Source: Candidatus Thorarchaeota archaeon
Lineage (GTDB): Archaea; Asgardarchaeota; Thorarchaeia; Thorarchaeales; Thorarchaeaceae
DNA length: 64,000 bases
Assembly: GCA_016933575.1 (NCBI GenBank)
Contig: JAFGAR010000151.1
Location: 96,001 to 160,000, forward strand
Direction of reading: 5' to 3'
Within the stretch, counting starts at the first letter, position 1, and the number at the start of each line of letters is the position of its first letter. The position numbers and the translations under genes are program-made. The notes beneath the pieces were generated by a model that saw nothing but the letters and a program-made list of their open reading frames with translations, was not told the DNA's origin and did not search any database. Of the stretch, positions 37,548-45,728 are shown piece after piece.

Positions 37548-38810
37548 ATGCCTCAGACGAAATTAGTTTCCACACCTTCCTCACCAAGACAACTATCCTA
37601 TGATGAGAGAGTGTGTTCTAATTGTATGGGGCATAGAGCCCTATGCGGAGTTCGACCTTGTCCCTTACTTATGCGGGCAAAGGCTATGGCAAAGATTGAT
37701 GATGCTTTTACTGGAACAGAACTTACTGGCGCTTCTCCTCCCTCCGTATTCATTGGAGAAACTGGTTATCCAAAGGTGCTAGCAGGTCCATTGATTCCTC
37801 CAGTTCGAGTTGATGAGGCACCACTCATGGAGCGGCCTGACCTCTGGTTGAACCACACAATTGATGAGATACTAGCTCTTCGATTCAGTCTTGTTAGAAC
37901 AAAAAAGTATACTGCGGTAGATGCAGCAGTCAATCCTCCTCGAGACTTGGCTGAGACTCAGACTCTTGCATTATCAGACTCAGCACTATTTTCTGAAGCA
38001 TCTCTCTTGAAGAAACCTTCTTTCACGTCTGTATTCTCTGATAGGACTCTTCCTATCGGTCCTTCTGCACCTCTTCGAGACTTCAGATTGGAGGACAATC
38101 CAAAGATTCCCAAGTCTGTTGATAGAATCACCTCAGACACTGATCTGAAGGCAGGCAGTGGAGTGATGGATCTTTTCGAGGATGGAATTCGTCAAGAGCA
38201 CATCACCCGATTGCTCTCTGTAGGTGTCCTTGGGCAGAAGAAGAAAAGACGTCTAGTTCCAACAAAGTGGAGCATCACTGCGATTGATGATATTGTTGGA
38301 AGACGTCTTCACAAACAAGTCTTACGATTTCCTTCCATCAATGATTTTCTCGTTAGTATTGATCATGCATTAGGAAACACAGTAGCAATCTTGTTCTTTC
38401 CAAGTGGTTGGCAATTTGAGGCAATGGAGTCTTGGCTCGGAGGATTGAATCCTACGATAATCAACGACTATGAATTTGGCAAGGGTCGGAAAGACTATGC
38501 AAAATATGTCGTTGGTGCTTATTATGCCACTCGACTACCAGCTCTGGAATATCTGGTCAGTATTCGTAGACAATCTGGTGTCATTGTCTTTATGGAGATT
38601 GATCCTCAGATATGGATCCCTCTTGGTGTGTGGCGTTTCAGAGAAATTGCTAAGAGAGCCCTAGAAAAAGGTGTTAAGAAATTCCAGAGTATGGATGAGG
38701 CTACTGCAGAGATAGGAAAATATCTTCGGAATCCACTTCACCGTTGGCTCAATAAAAGCAAACTCTATGGAGAATACAGAACCCAGACCAAGCTCTCCGA
38801 TTTTATTTAA
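37548..38810 (+). CDS. nreA: Nre-family DNA repair protein
   Basis: N-terminal C..C.G...LCG..PCP, SPPSVFIG..GYPKV, LVPT.WSITA.DD, GAYYA.RL, P.GVW; C-terminal PIP box QTKLSDF. Confidence 0.92.
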   Translation: MPQTKLVSTPSSPRQLSYDERVCSNCMGHRALCGVRPCPLLMRAKAMAKIDDAFTGTELTGASPPSVFIGETGYPKVLAGPLIPPVRVDEAPLMERPDLWLNHTIDEILALRFSLVRTKKYTAVDAAVNPPRDLAETQTLALSDSALFSEASLLKKPSFTSVFSDRTLPIGPSAPLRDFRLEDNPKIPKSVDRITSDTDLKAGSGVMDLFEDGIRQEHITRLLSVGVLGQKKKRRLVPTKWSITAIDDIVGRRLHKQVLRFPSINDFLVSIDHALGNTVAILFFPSGWQFEAMESWLGGLNPTIINDYEFGKGRKDYAKYVVGAYYATRLPALEYLVSIRRQSGVIVFMEIDPQIWIPLGVWRFREIAKRALEKGVKKFQSMDEATAEIGKYLRNPLHRWLNKSKLYGEYRTQTKLSDFI

Positions 38811-38883
38811 TCGTGAACTATGTATCTATCATACATTTTCTTTTAATACATAATTTGCAATGACATCTTGGAGAGTTTGATAT

Positions 38884-40236
38884 ATGCGCGCTACTAAAAG
38901 TAAGCTAATGACCCTGTGGGTCTTAGTTCTCTTAATCATACCCTTTGCTTTCCTCCCGACCACGACTGCCTGGGAAGCAGGTGATGAAGCTGGGCTTTTC
39001 GGACACACGTTTGAAGAAGAGTACTGGACAAACAGCTCGATACTAGTCGAAGGCGAGGATGGAACGAATTCAAGTGTGACTGCATCGTTTGTACATGTTG
39101 GAGAATTTTCAGCCTTCTTACTGGCCTTTAACAATGCAAACAAGACAGATGGAACCCAATTGATATTACCCTACTAACTATTTGGTATGCATTTCAAGAC
39201 ACCACAAGATAGAGAGGTATTCATTGGAGCAATCTTCGCGTTCTTATTGGTCCATAACGAAACGTTCGGAAGCAACAATCTGCCTGACATGGGTCATGAT
39301 GACGCATGGTATATCGTTCCTCTGGCCTCAGATACTACATGGCCCGATGCCCGACCTTCTGTAGAACCAATTCCTGCTACAGAGGTCAGTGATGGACATT
39401 ATAGATTTGGAATGAGATATTACAATCTAACCTGTAGAGTCGTTGATGCAAACAATCCAATTGGATTCTGGTTGTCATTAGCCATACCATTCCTGACAGT
39501 TCTATTCTCGGAATTCACTGTTCAATATGACATCATCATAGGCGAAGATGGATCGGTGAGTGCTGAAACGTTGTATACAATTGGGCAAGTAACACGTGCT
39601 AAGGACTTGTTCATCGAGCGACCTACATCAGATTTCCTCAACGAGACAATGGAGATCTCAGCTGTGCATTTTCTATCTGTATTCACATCTCAGTACACAG
39701 TTTCTCGCTCAACAGATGGCAATACTATAACCCCACCCACACAAACCACTCCCCTCGATTATAACATTACGATTGGAGTCGGCAGCAATAATGAACGTGC
39801 TTTCGATATTGGAATGGGTCAAGAATATGCTCTTGTGAATGAAACCAGCGATCCGTGGACAACTATATCCGATTCAGAAACTGCACTGAACACACTCTTA
39901 GGAGTTCACCTCAGCGATCTCATCCTGATTGCTTGGCAAGCTCCATTATCTGCTTTCCTCTTTGCTCACATGGCTTATGGGCTGTCTGCTCAGATGAGAA
40001 ACACCTACTCATCAGTATCTGCAATGGTGACCAATGTCAATACTGCTTTCACCAATACTAATTGGTGGTATGCTGTGACCTTCCCCGAGTGGAATGGTTA
40101 TCGTGTGCAACAGGACCCAGTATATACAGCATATACGAACTTGGCTATTGAGCCAGATAGTAGTGGTCTTGGTGTTGTCGTACTTCTTGTTGTAGGAGTT
40201 CTTGCAGTTATCTGGATTATCCGTCGTCGTCGTTGA
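38884..40236 (+). pseudogene. Secreted, C-terminally anchored surface protein interrupted by one in-frame TAA (39175-39177)
   Basis: ORFs 38884-39177 and 39187-40236 are in the same frame (..LILPY*LFGMHF..); the signal peptide is in part 1 and the TM+RRRR tail in part 2. Confidence 0.75.
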
Positions 40237-40250
40237 TACTTATCTGATTA

Positions 40251-40290
40251 CCTTGGAGTCGCATCTGTGTACTCCAAGGCCTCTTTTTTT
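40251..40290 (+). terminator. Hairpin plus T-tract terminator
   Basis: CCTTGGAGT-11nt-ACTCCAAGG followed by a T7 run. Confidence 0.7.
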
Positions 40291-40346
40291 GACATAGGGT
40301 AATTTAAGAGAAGCAATTTGGATTCTATTAGTAGAGGACCTGAGCA

Positions 40347-41873
40347 GTGATTTACGAAAAACTATGTCGAGTGAGTTCAAGGACTCCGTTATTCTCACGC
40401 ATCAGTAAGAGAAAGGATGACAAGGACCTTACTAGAGCTGTACGCTTTTTGGCTCCCATAATGAAGGTGACAGTCGAAGGCATAGTTGCTGCTGCGTATC
40501 TATCTGCATTATTGGTTCTTATTGGTGCCTCTCTTTCTCTCCTCTTCTTTGGAGTAGATTTTCTTATTATAGTCCCCCTCTCCGCAATGCTCTGTGTACT
40601 TGTCTACTATATTGTCATTAATTATCCCGTTTCAATGATGAATAGTTACAAATTAGGTCTCTCTGAAGAAGCAGACATTGTCTACGAACAGTTCATTCTC
40701 GTCTTTCAGACTGGTGGTACAATCTTCGATGCTATTGAGATGGTCGCTCAATCAGAACATCCCTACCTATCAAAAGCGTTTCAGATGATGTTAGAACGAA
40801 TATCTGAAGGAGTTCCTCCAGAGGAATGTCTAATGGAGTTCGCCAAAGATCAACCTTCTGATGACATTAGACGCTATTTTACTACCATTGTTTCTTCACG
40901 GGAAAGACGGACTGAACTCCTTGATGAGATCTCAGGAGAATCGTATGAAGCAGACCTTGCACTCCGACAGAAGAACCTTGAACTTGAGAGTAGGATTTTG
41001 ATAGTTTCAGCTCTTGTGACCTATGTCCCGATTATGCTTACTCTTGCAGTTTCCTTGTCTGGTTATGCAACACAACCTATCGTAATACTACTTGCTCCTC
41101 TTTTCATTTTCCTTAATGCTATACTTCGAAGCCGTTTTTCCAGACAGTTCTCAGCATATTTTGACCGACCTCGTGCATCATCAATCATTCCTCCTACACA
41201 GAATGATATCTTAATGGAGTATGACGAATTTCTGAATTTTCTTATTCTACTAGGACAACGTCTAAGCTTAGGGGATACACTTGAAGTAGCATTGGCTGAG
41301 ATACGAGATGATTTGGAGCCTACTTTGCAAAGGCTGATTGATATAGCAATGACCTCAATCTATCAAGAACATACCAGTAGCCTAGAGGCCATGCAGAGAG
41401 CATCAGATGCAGCTATTGGTCAGAGAGTATCTCAAATGTTAAAGATGATAGCTCTCATGAGCGAGACCTCAACATATGACACTGGTGAACGTATCTCGAA
41501 GATTGCAGCACGTCTCATAAAGCGCTCAGCAGTAGCAAAGGAACGAGATTCGATCATTGCTGCTCAACGATTGAAAGTGTATCTTCTCACAATCACAAGT
41601 GCCGCAGTTTTAGGTATGCTTGCTTCTTTGGCTCCATTCCTATTCATTGGTTCTCTATTGAGCCACGGACCTACATGGACCCCTGGATCCCTCTCTGCAC
41701 TAGATATTGCACCATTACTCATTACCTTGGGCATTACAACACTCTCAATGGGATACCAAAACACACGAATGGTTGGCGGGAGAAGACCACTTCTCATATC
41801 TCTGGTTTGCATGCTTCTGTTCTGGGTCGCATTTGCTTTTTCATCAACTTTGATGGGTCTGAATCTAGTGTAG
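40347..41873 (+). CDS. Type II secretion/type IV pilus platform (T2SSF, TadB/C-ArlJ-like) membrane protein
   Basis: Two repeats of G.T...A.E.V/I......L...F........G...E separated by TM pairs. Confidence 0.78.
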   Translation: MIYEKLCRVSSRTPLFSRISKRKDDKDLTRAVRFLAPIMKVTVEGIVAAAYLSALLVLIGASLSLLFFGVDFLIIVPLSAMLCVLVYYIVINYPVSMMNSYKLGLSEEADIVYEQFILVFQTGGTIFDAIEMVAQSEHPYLSKAFQMMLERISEGVPPEECLMEFAKDQPSDDIRRYFTTIVSSRERRTELLDEISGESYEADLALRQKNLELESRILIVSALVTYVPIMLTLAVSLSGYATQPIVILLAPLFIFLNAILRSRFSRQFSAYFDRPRASSIIPPTQNDILMEYDEFLNFLILLGQRLSLGDTLEVALAEIRDDLEPTLQRLIDIAMTSIYQEHTSSLEAMQRASDAAIGQRVSQMLKMIALMSETSTYDTGERISKIAARLIKRSAVAKERDSIIAAQRLKVYLLTITSAAVLGMLASLAPFLFIGSLLSHGPTWTPGSLSALDIAPLLITLGITTLSMGYQNTRMVGGRRPLLISLVCMLLFWVAFAFSSTLMGLNLV

Positions 41874-41928
41874 TATAGTTTATTTGTAGCCGTGAGGAAT
41901 GCGGAAGTAGTTAGCTTGAGGTGTTATC

Positions 41929-42573
41929 ATGCTTCAAATTCCATTTCTAGACTGGACACTTCCTGAAATCATGGCATTCTTCCAAGATGATTGGATATTG
42001 GCATGGGTTCTAATACTATCAGGAGGTCTCTTAGCTATCTGGCTGCTTGAGAATATTACAGACCCAATTCCATTGCTGGGCTCAATATTCGATCTGCTTG
42101 TACATGTGGGAACCTTCATCGGGTTCTTCGTGGGAATACTGGATATTTTCGTTGGATACGTGGTCTGGACTTTACAGCCCGGAGCAGCCATTGTTGCTGC
42201 TGTATTGGTTCTTATGGGATTCTCCCTCGTGATGAGAGTTCTCTCCAAGTTTCCACTTGCTCTAGTATTCGCTCTTGGTGTTGCAGTCTTTGGAGCCGCG
42301 ACAATCTATGGCTTGTTGACTCCCTATGTAACAACGCCTATCATTGGTGAATACATTGCTTGGTTCACATCTGGTAAGGGTCTGCTTGTTATCGGATTCA
42401 TTATCTTCTGTGTTGCCTATGTGATAGGTGGTCTGATAATTAAACTCATACAGTTAATTGGCAAGATCTTTGCGTCTGTACCAGTGAGTGTTCTCGTTGG
42501 ACTTGCAGCAATTGGTGTTGGTGTAATTGTGATTCTCAATCCTGCACTACTTGGCCTTATTGCTTGGCCATGA
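41929..42573 (+). CDS. Hypothetical polytopic membrane protein
   Basis: About 6 hydrophobic segments; GAGGTG SD. Confidence 0.8.
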   Translation: MLQIPFLDWTLPEIMAFFQDDWILAWVLILSGGLLAIWLLENITDPIPLLGSIFDLLVHVGTFIGFFVGILDIFVGYVVWTLQPGAAIVAAVLVLMGFSLVMRVLSKFPLALVFALGVAVFGAATIYGLLTPYVTTPIIGEYIAWFTSGKGLLVIGFIIFCVAYVIGGLIIKLIQLIGKIFASVPVSVLVGLAAIGVGVIVILNPALLGLIAWP

Positions 42574-42577
42574 GTAT

Positions 42578-42597
42578 AGAGAGGGTTTTCCCTCTCT
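42578..42597. terminator. Hairpin between convergent genes
   Basis: AGAGAGGG-tttt-CCCTCTCT followed by T-rich sequence. Confidence 0.6.
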
Positions 42598-42607
42598 CTT
42601 ATTTTTA

Positions 42608-42874
42608 TTAGCCTGATGATGGTTTTCTAATCTCTCGGAAGAAGAGGAACTTAAGGTCCCTGTCACTATAGAATTGGGCAGCATCCTCAATGGATTTCTT
42701 TGCTGCTTTAATCCCATCAATTGCCTTAGAAAAGTATAGTTTCTTGTCAGGGTCTGTTTGAACATCTGAGAGTGTGAATCCCTCAGGTAGTTCAAATTCC
42801 TCTGGTGCCAATAATGCCACTCGAAAACAAGACATACCCTCTATTGATTCCAACCAGAGTTCACAATATGTCAT
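42608..42874 (-). CDS. Small hypothetical protein
   Basis: 88-aa ORF with GAGG upstream. Confidence 0.65.
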   Translation of the reverse strand: MTYCELWLESIEGMSCFRVALLAPEEFELPEGFTLSDVQTDPDKKLYFSKAIDGIKAAKKSIEDAAQFYSDRDLKFLFFREIRKPSSG

Positions 42875-43088
42875 GATTCATCCTCATTTTCAGTTTCAAT
42901 GTAGTCATTTATCGCGTTTCAAAAAGGTCCCTAAATATTTAAGTTGCGCTTCATACCTTTGAAATATCCGATGTTCCCAAGAGTTCATATAGTATGTTTG
43001 CATGTATTCTAACTGATTCAAGTAGTTACGAATACAGTCTATTTGAATTAGTTAGACATAGACTCGATTCCTGAAGGAGGCGATACAT

Positions 43089-43634
43089 CTGAGTGACGAC
43101 GCAGATAAGAAGAAGATAATCAGTGTTACAATGAGCCAGTCACTTGTAGGTAGAATTGACGAGTTGGTATCAGATAGAACTGGTCGTTCTCGTGCTCAAT
43201 TGATAGAGGATGCAGTGCGCTGGTTTCTTGATTTCACTGTGCATAAATGGAATGAACGTGGACTCTATGTCAATAATTCAAGGTCCATTTTTGAATCCGA
43301 AACTATCTCTTCATTGTTCTTTTCGAAAATGACTCCCAATGAACAATATGAACTTGGATTGACTGCTGGTGGTCAGTCTCCAATTGCGGACGTCATAAAC
43401 CTATTCCATGGTGTCGACCCGGGAGATAAAAAGAATCGAGAACTTGTGCTACGATTGTTGCAAGACAATGGTTGGGGATCAATTTCTATAAACGATCAAG
43501 GACTGATAGTTATTGGTAGTCCATTCTATCCAGCTTCATTCATTCGTGGCTATCTGGAGAAGCTCCTCAAAGTCAAGTTAGAAGCAATAGAAACTCACGA
43601 TAAAGAGAATGTTGCACTTAAGATAATCAAATGA
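43089..43634 (+). CDS. Ribbon-helix-helix (CopG/NikR-like) regulator with V4R-like C-terminal domain; probable CTG start
   Basis: KKIISVTMSQSLVGRIDELV....RSRAQLIEDAVR matches RHH; GWG.I and FIRGYLE are V4R-like; GGAGG lies 8 nt before CTG 43089 (first ATG is 43131). Confidence 0.8.
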   Translation: MSDDADKKKIISVTMSQSLVGRIDELVSDRTGRSRAQLIEDAVRWFLDFTVHKWNERGLYVNNSRSIFESETISSLFFSKMTPNEQYELGLTAGGQSPIADVINLFHGVDPGDKKNRELVLRLLQDNGWGSISINDQGLIVIGSPFYPASFIRGYLEKLLKVKLEAIETHDKENVALKIIK

Positions 43635-43686
43635 GATTTTCCTAGTCCGTAATGCAATGAATTGCAGCCCAGTCATTATCACAATC

Positions 43687-44112
43687 TTACCATTCCTGGC
43701 CAATCTCAAGAATCTCGAATTCACTCTCATAGAGACCTGGAATATTATTTATCGTTCTTCTGATATCGGGCTCTTTAGTTCTAATATTATCCGCAGAGAA
43801 GTACACCTCATAGATGCATCGATTTTCTTCAAAACAGAATCCTGTAGTGAAGAGCACTTTCAGATCATGATGTTTAAAGAGCTGTGTCATTGTTTGCATG
43901 AGTGCAGGATTGACCTTTTCAACCTCAAGTCTAACACGGGCTCCACCTTCTTTCATCATGGGAATAAGCCTAATCTCGCCTGATCTCTCGAAGAAGATCA
44001 CCATGGCGGCTTTCATATCCTTGAGAGCTTCATTTTGGAAGAAATCCTCAGGAAGCTTGATCTCTCTCTTCCGGTGAACGTCTGCAATCATTCCCTTTGT
44101 CAGTCCGGCCAC
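43687..44112 (-). CDS. AbrB-like N-terminus plus ACT-like domain protein
   Basis: IADVHRKREIKLPEDF resembles AbrB/MazE; C-terminal half has an ACT-like beta-alpha-beta-beta-alpha-beta pattern with TGFC...CIYEVY. Confidence 0.6.
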   Translation of the reverse strand: MAGLTKGMIADVHRKREIKLPEDFFQNEALKDMKAAMVIFFERSGEIRLIPMMKEGGARVRLEVEKVNPALMQTMTQLFKHHDLKVLFTTGFCFEENRCIYEVYFSADNIRTKEPDIRRTINNIPGLYESEFEILEIGQEW

Positions 44113-44294
44113 GCATATCGCCTCTTACCTTTCAGTATGCCATGCGTCATTGGAGTATTTGTATCTTCGTGCCATCTACTAATAGACATTTCTGGATAGC
44201 TTCTTCGCGTTTTTTTAGTCTTCTACTCGTCATAACACATAAAACTAGATGTAATTGTGGATGAAATTATAAATAATTATAGGAGAATCGAACA

Positions 44295-44417
44295 ATGGCA
44301 AAAGAAGGAGCTATCTATGTATGTGATATCTGTCAACAAGTTATTGAAGTTAAGAAATCTGGTGTTGGTACGCTAGTGTGTTGTGGAAAGCCAATGCGTC
44401 TCTACGAAGATGACTAA
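44295..44417 (+). CDS. Stand-alone desulforedoxin (FeS4 iron-binding domain), 40 aa; absent from the ORF track
   Basis: MAKEGAIYVCDICQQVIEVKKSGVGTLVCCGKPMRLYEDD: Y.CxxC...EV...G.G.L.CCG.PM; AGGAG SD upstream. Confidence 0.92.
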   Translation: MAKEGAIYVCDICQQVIEVKKSGVGTLVCCGKPMRLYEDD

Positions 44418-44471
44418 ATCAGCCACTGACTTCCACATCTGTGCAAGTGTACCTTCTCATTAAGAACACTT

Positions 44472-44485
44472 GATAATGTTTATAT
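44472..44485 (+). promoter_or_regulatory. Putative TATA box of rpo5 copy A
   Basis: GATAATGTTTATAT ends 44 nt before ATG 44529; near-identical to the motif before copy B. Confidence 0.6.
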
Positions 44486-44528
44486 TCTTTCCAAGTTGGC
44501 GAAGCAAAGTTCCCAGGGGTGTTTTTCC

Positions 44529-45086
44529 ATGATTGAACTGCCTAACACAGTCGTGAAAACCAGAGGTCTTCTCAATCTCCGTTCTTACAAGACTGATCAG
44601 CTACTAGAGTACGAAGATAAGTATGTCATGTACCCGATCAAAGAAGTTGGCGGAGTACGTTCAAAATATGTAGTCTGGATTCTCAAAGAACCTAAGGTCG
44701 TCGGAATTGCTTTTGTCAAAGATATAGCTCGTAAAATGGAAGAAGAGGAAGCCCAGAGGGGACTACTTGTTGGTGGGATTCGCTTTACTCCAGCAGCTAA
44801 GAAGGAGGCCGCTTCAGCTCGAGTGGAACTGATTGAGGGTGGGTATGCATCATTCGATCTCTTTCAACATGAACTAGTGCCCCCACACATGATTGCATCA
44901 GACGATGAAGTAAAACTAGTTCTTAACCATTTTAAGATTAGCAAGACTCAACTTCCACGAATAAGTACCGATGACCCGGCAGTTCGAGTTCTAGGTGCCG
45001 TTTCTGGTCAGGTACTTCGAATTGAACGCGAGAGTGAGACCTCCGGCAAGTCTTACTACTATAGACTGGTTGCTCGTGGTAGTTAG
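44529..45086 (+). CDS. rpo5: RNA polymerase subunit Rpo5/RPB5, full-length two-domain form, copy A
   Basis: C-terminal HELVPPH..., QLPRI..DDP....GA..GQV.RI.R.SETSG..YYYRLV; N-terminal jaw-like domain (L.LR.Y, VG...VK....M......GLLV....TP.AKK). Confidence 0.9.
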   Translation: MIELPNTVVKTRGLLNLRSYKTDQLLEYEDKYVMYPIKEVGGVRSKYVVWILKEPKVVGIAFVKDIARKMEEEEAQRGLLVGGIRFTPAAKKEAASARVELIEGGYASFDLFQHELVPPHMIASDDEVKLVLNHFKISKTQLPRISTDDPAVRVLGAVSGQVLRIERESETSGKSYYYRLVARGS

Positions 45087-45111
45087 TGATTCACAAAAGT
45101 AGCATCTATTA

Positions 45112-45125
45112 GACAATGTTTATAT
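45112..45125 (+). promoter_or_regulatory. Putative TATA box of rpo5 copy B
   Basis: GACAATGTTTATAT ends 43 nt before TTG 45168. Confidence 0.6.
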
Positions 45126-45167
45126 CAAACCATCCAAAATGGTTCATTGTAATGGATGTTTTTTATA

Positions 45168-45725
45168 TTGTCTGAGATTCCAAAAATTGTAGAGAAGACT
45201 CGTGCCCTTCTCGGACTTAGAGGTTTTAGCACGATTGAATTACTTGAATATGATGACAGATACGTAATGCATCCGACTAAGGATGTTGATGATCGAACAC
45301 TCAAGTACGTTGTTTGGATCCTGAAACAAGAACGTGTAGTAGGCGTTGCAGTAGTACGTGAACTCGCCAAAGAAATGGAGGAACTCGAAGCACCTCGAGG
45401 AATGCTTGTTGGTGGAGATCGTTTTACTCCTGCATCCAAGAAGTTCGCAAAATCTGCAAGAGTCGAATTGGTCGAAGGCAACTATTCCTCGTTTGATCTA
45501 TTCGGTCATGAACTTGTTCCCCCTCACATTATTGCTGAACCCACAGAGGTCGAACGCGTTTTAGACCATTATAAGATTAAGAAGACTCAGCTACCAAGAA
45601 TTCGCACATCTGATGCTGCTGCGAGAGTTTTAGGTGCTCGAGCAGGTCAGGTTGTCCGAATTCTAAGAGATAGTGATACTGCGGGTGATTCCTATTATTA
45701 TCGACTTGTAGTAGAACATAGTTGA
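45168..45725 (+). CDS. rpo5: RNA polymerase subunit Rpo5/RPB5, full-length two-domain form, copy B
   Basis: Same architecture; aligns without gaps to copy A over 185 aa (about 63% identity, counted by hand). Confidence 0.9.
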   Translation: MSEIPKIVEKTRALLGLRGFSTIELLEYDDRYVMHPTKDVDDRTLKYVVWILKQERVVGVAVVRELAKEMEELEAPRGMLVGGDRFTPASKKFAKSARVELVEGNYSSFDLFGHELVPPHIIAEPTEVERVLDHYKIKKTQLPRIRTSDAAARVLGARAGQVVRILRDSDTAGDSYYYRLVVEHS

Positions 45726-45728
45726 TGA

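Noticed and set aside
39175-39177. Selenocysteine or pyrrolysine recoding
   Set aside because: The stop codon is TAA, not TGA or TAG.
44529-45725. Mrr-type restriction endonuclease or defence pair
   Set aside because: The N-domain shares the fold pattern, but no intact D..(Q/E)xK catalytic motif is visible and the C-terminus is clearly Rpo5.
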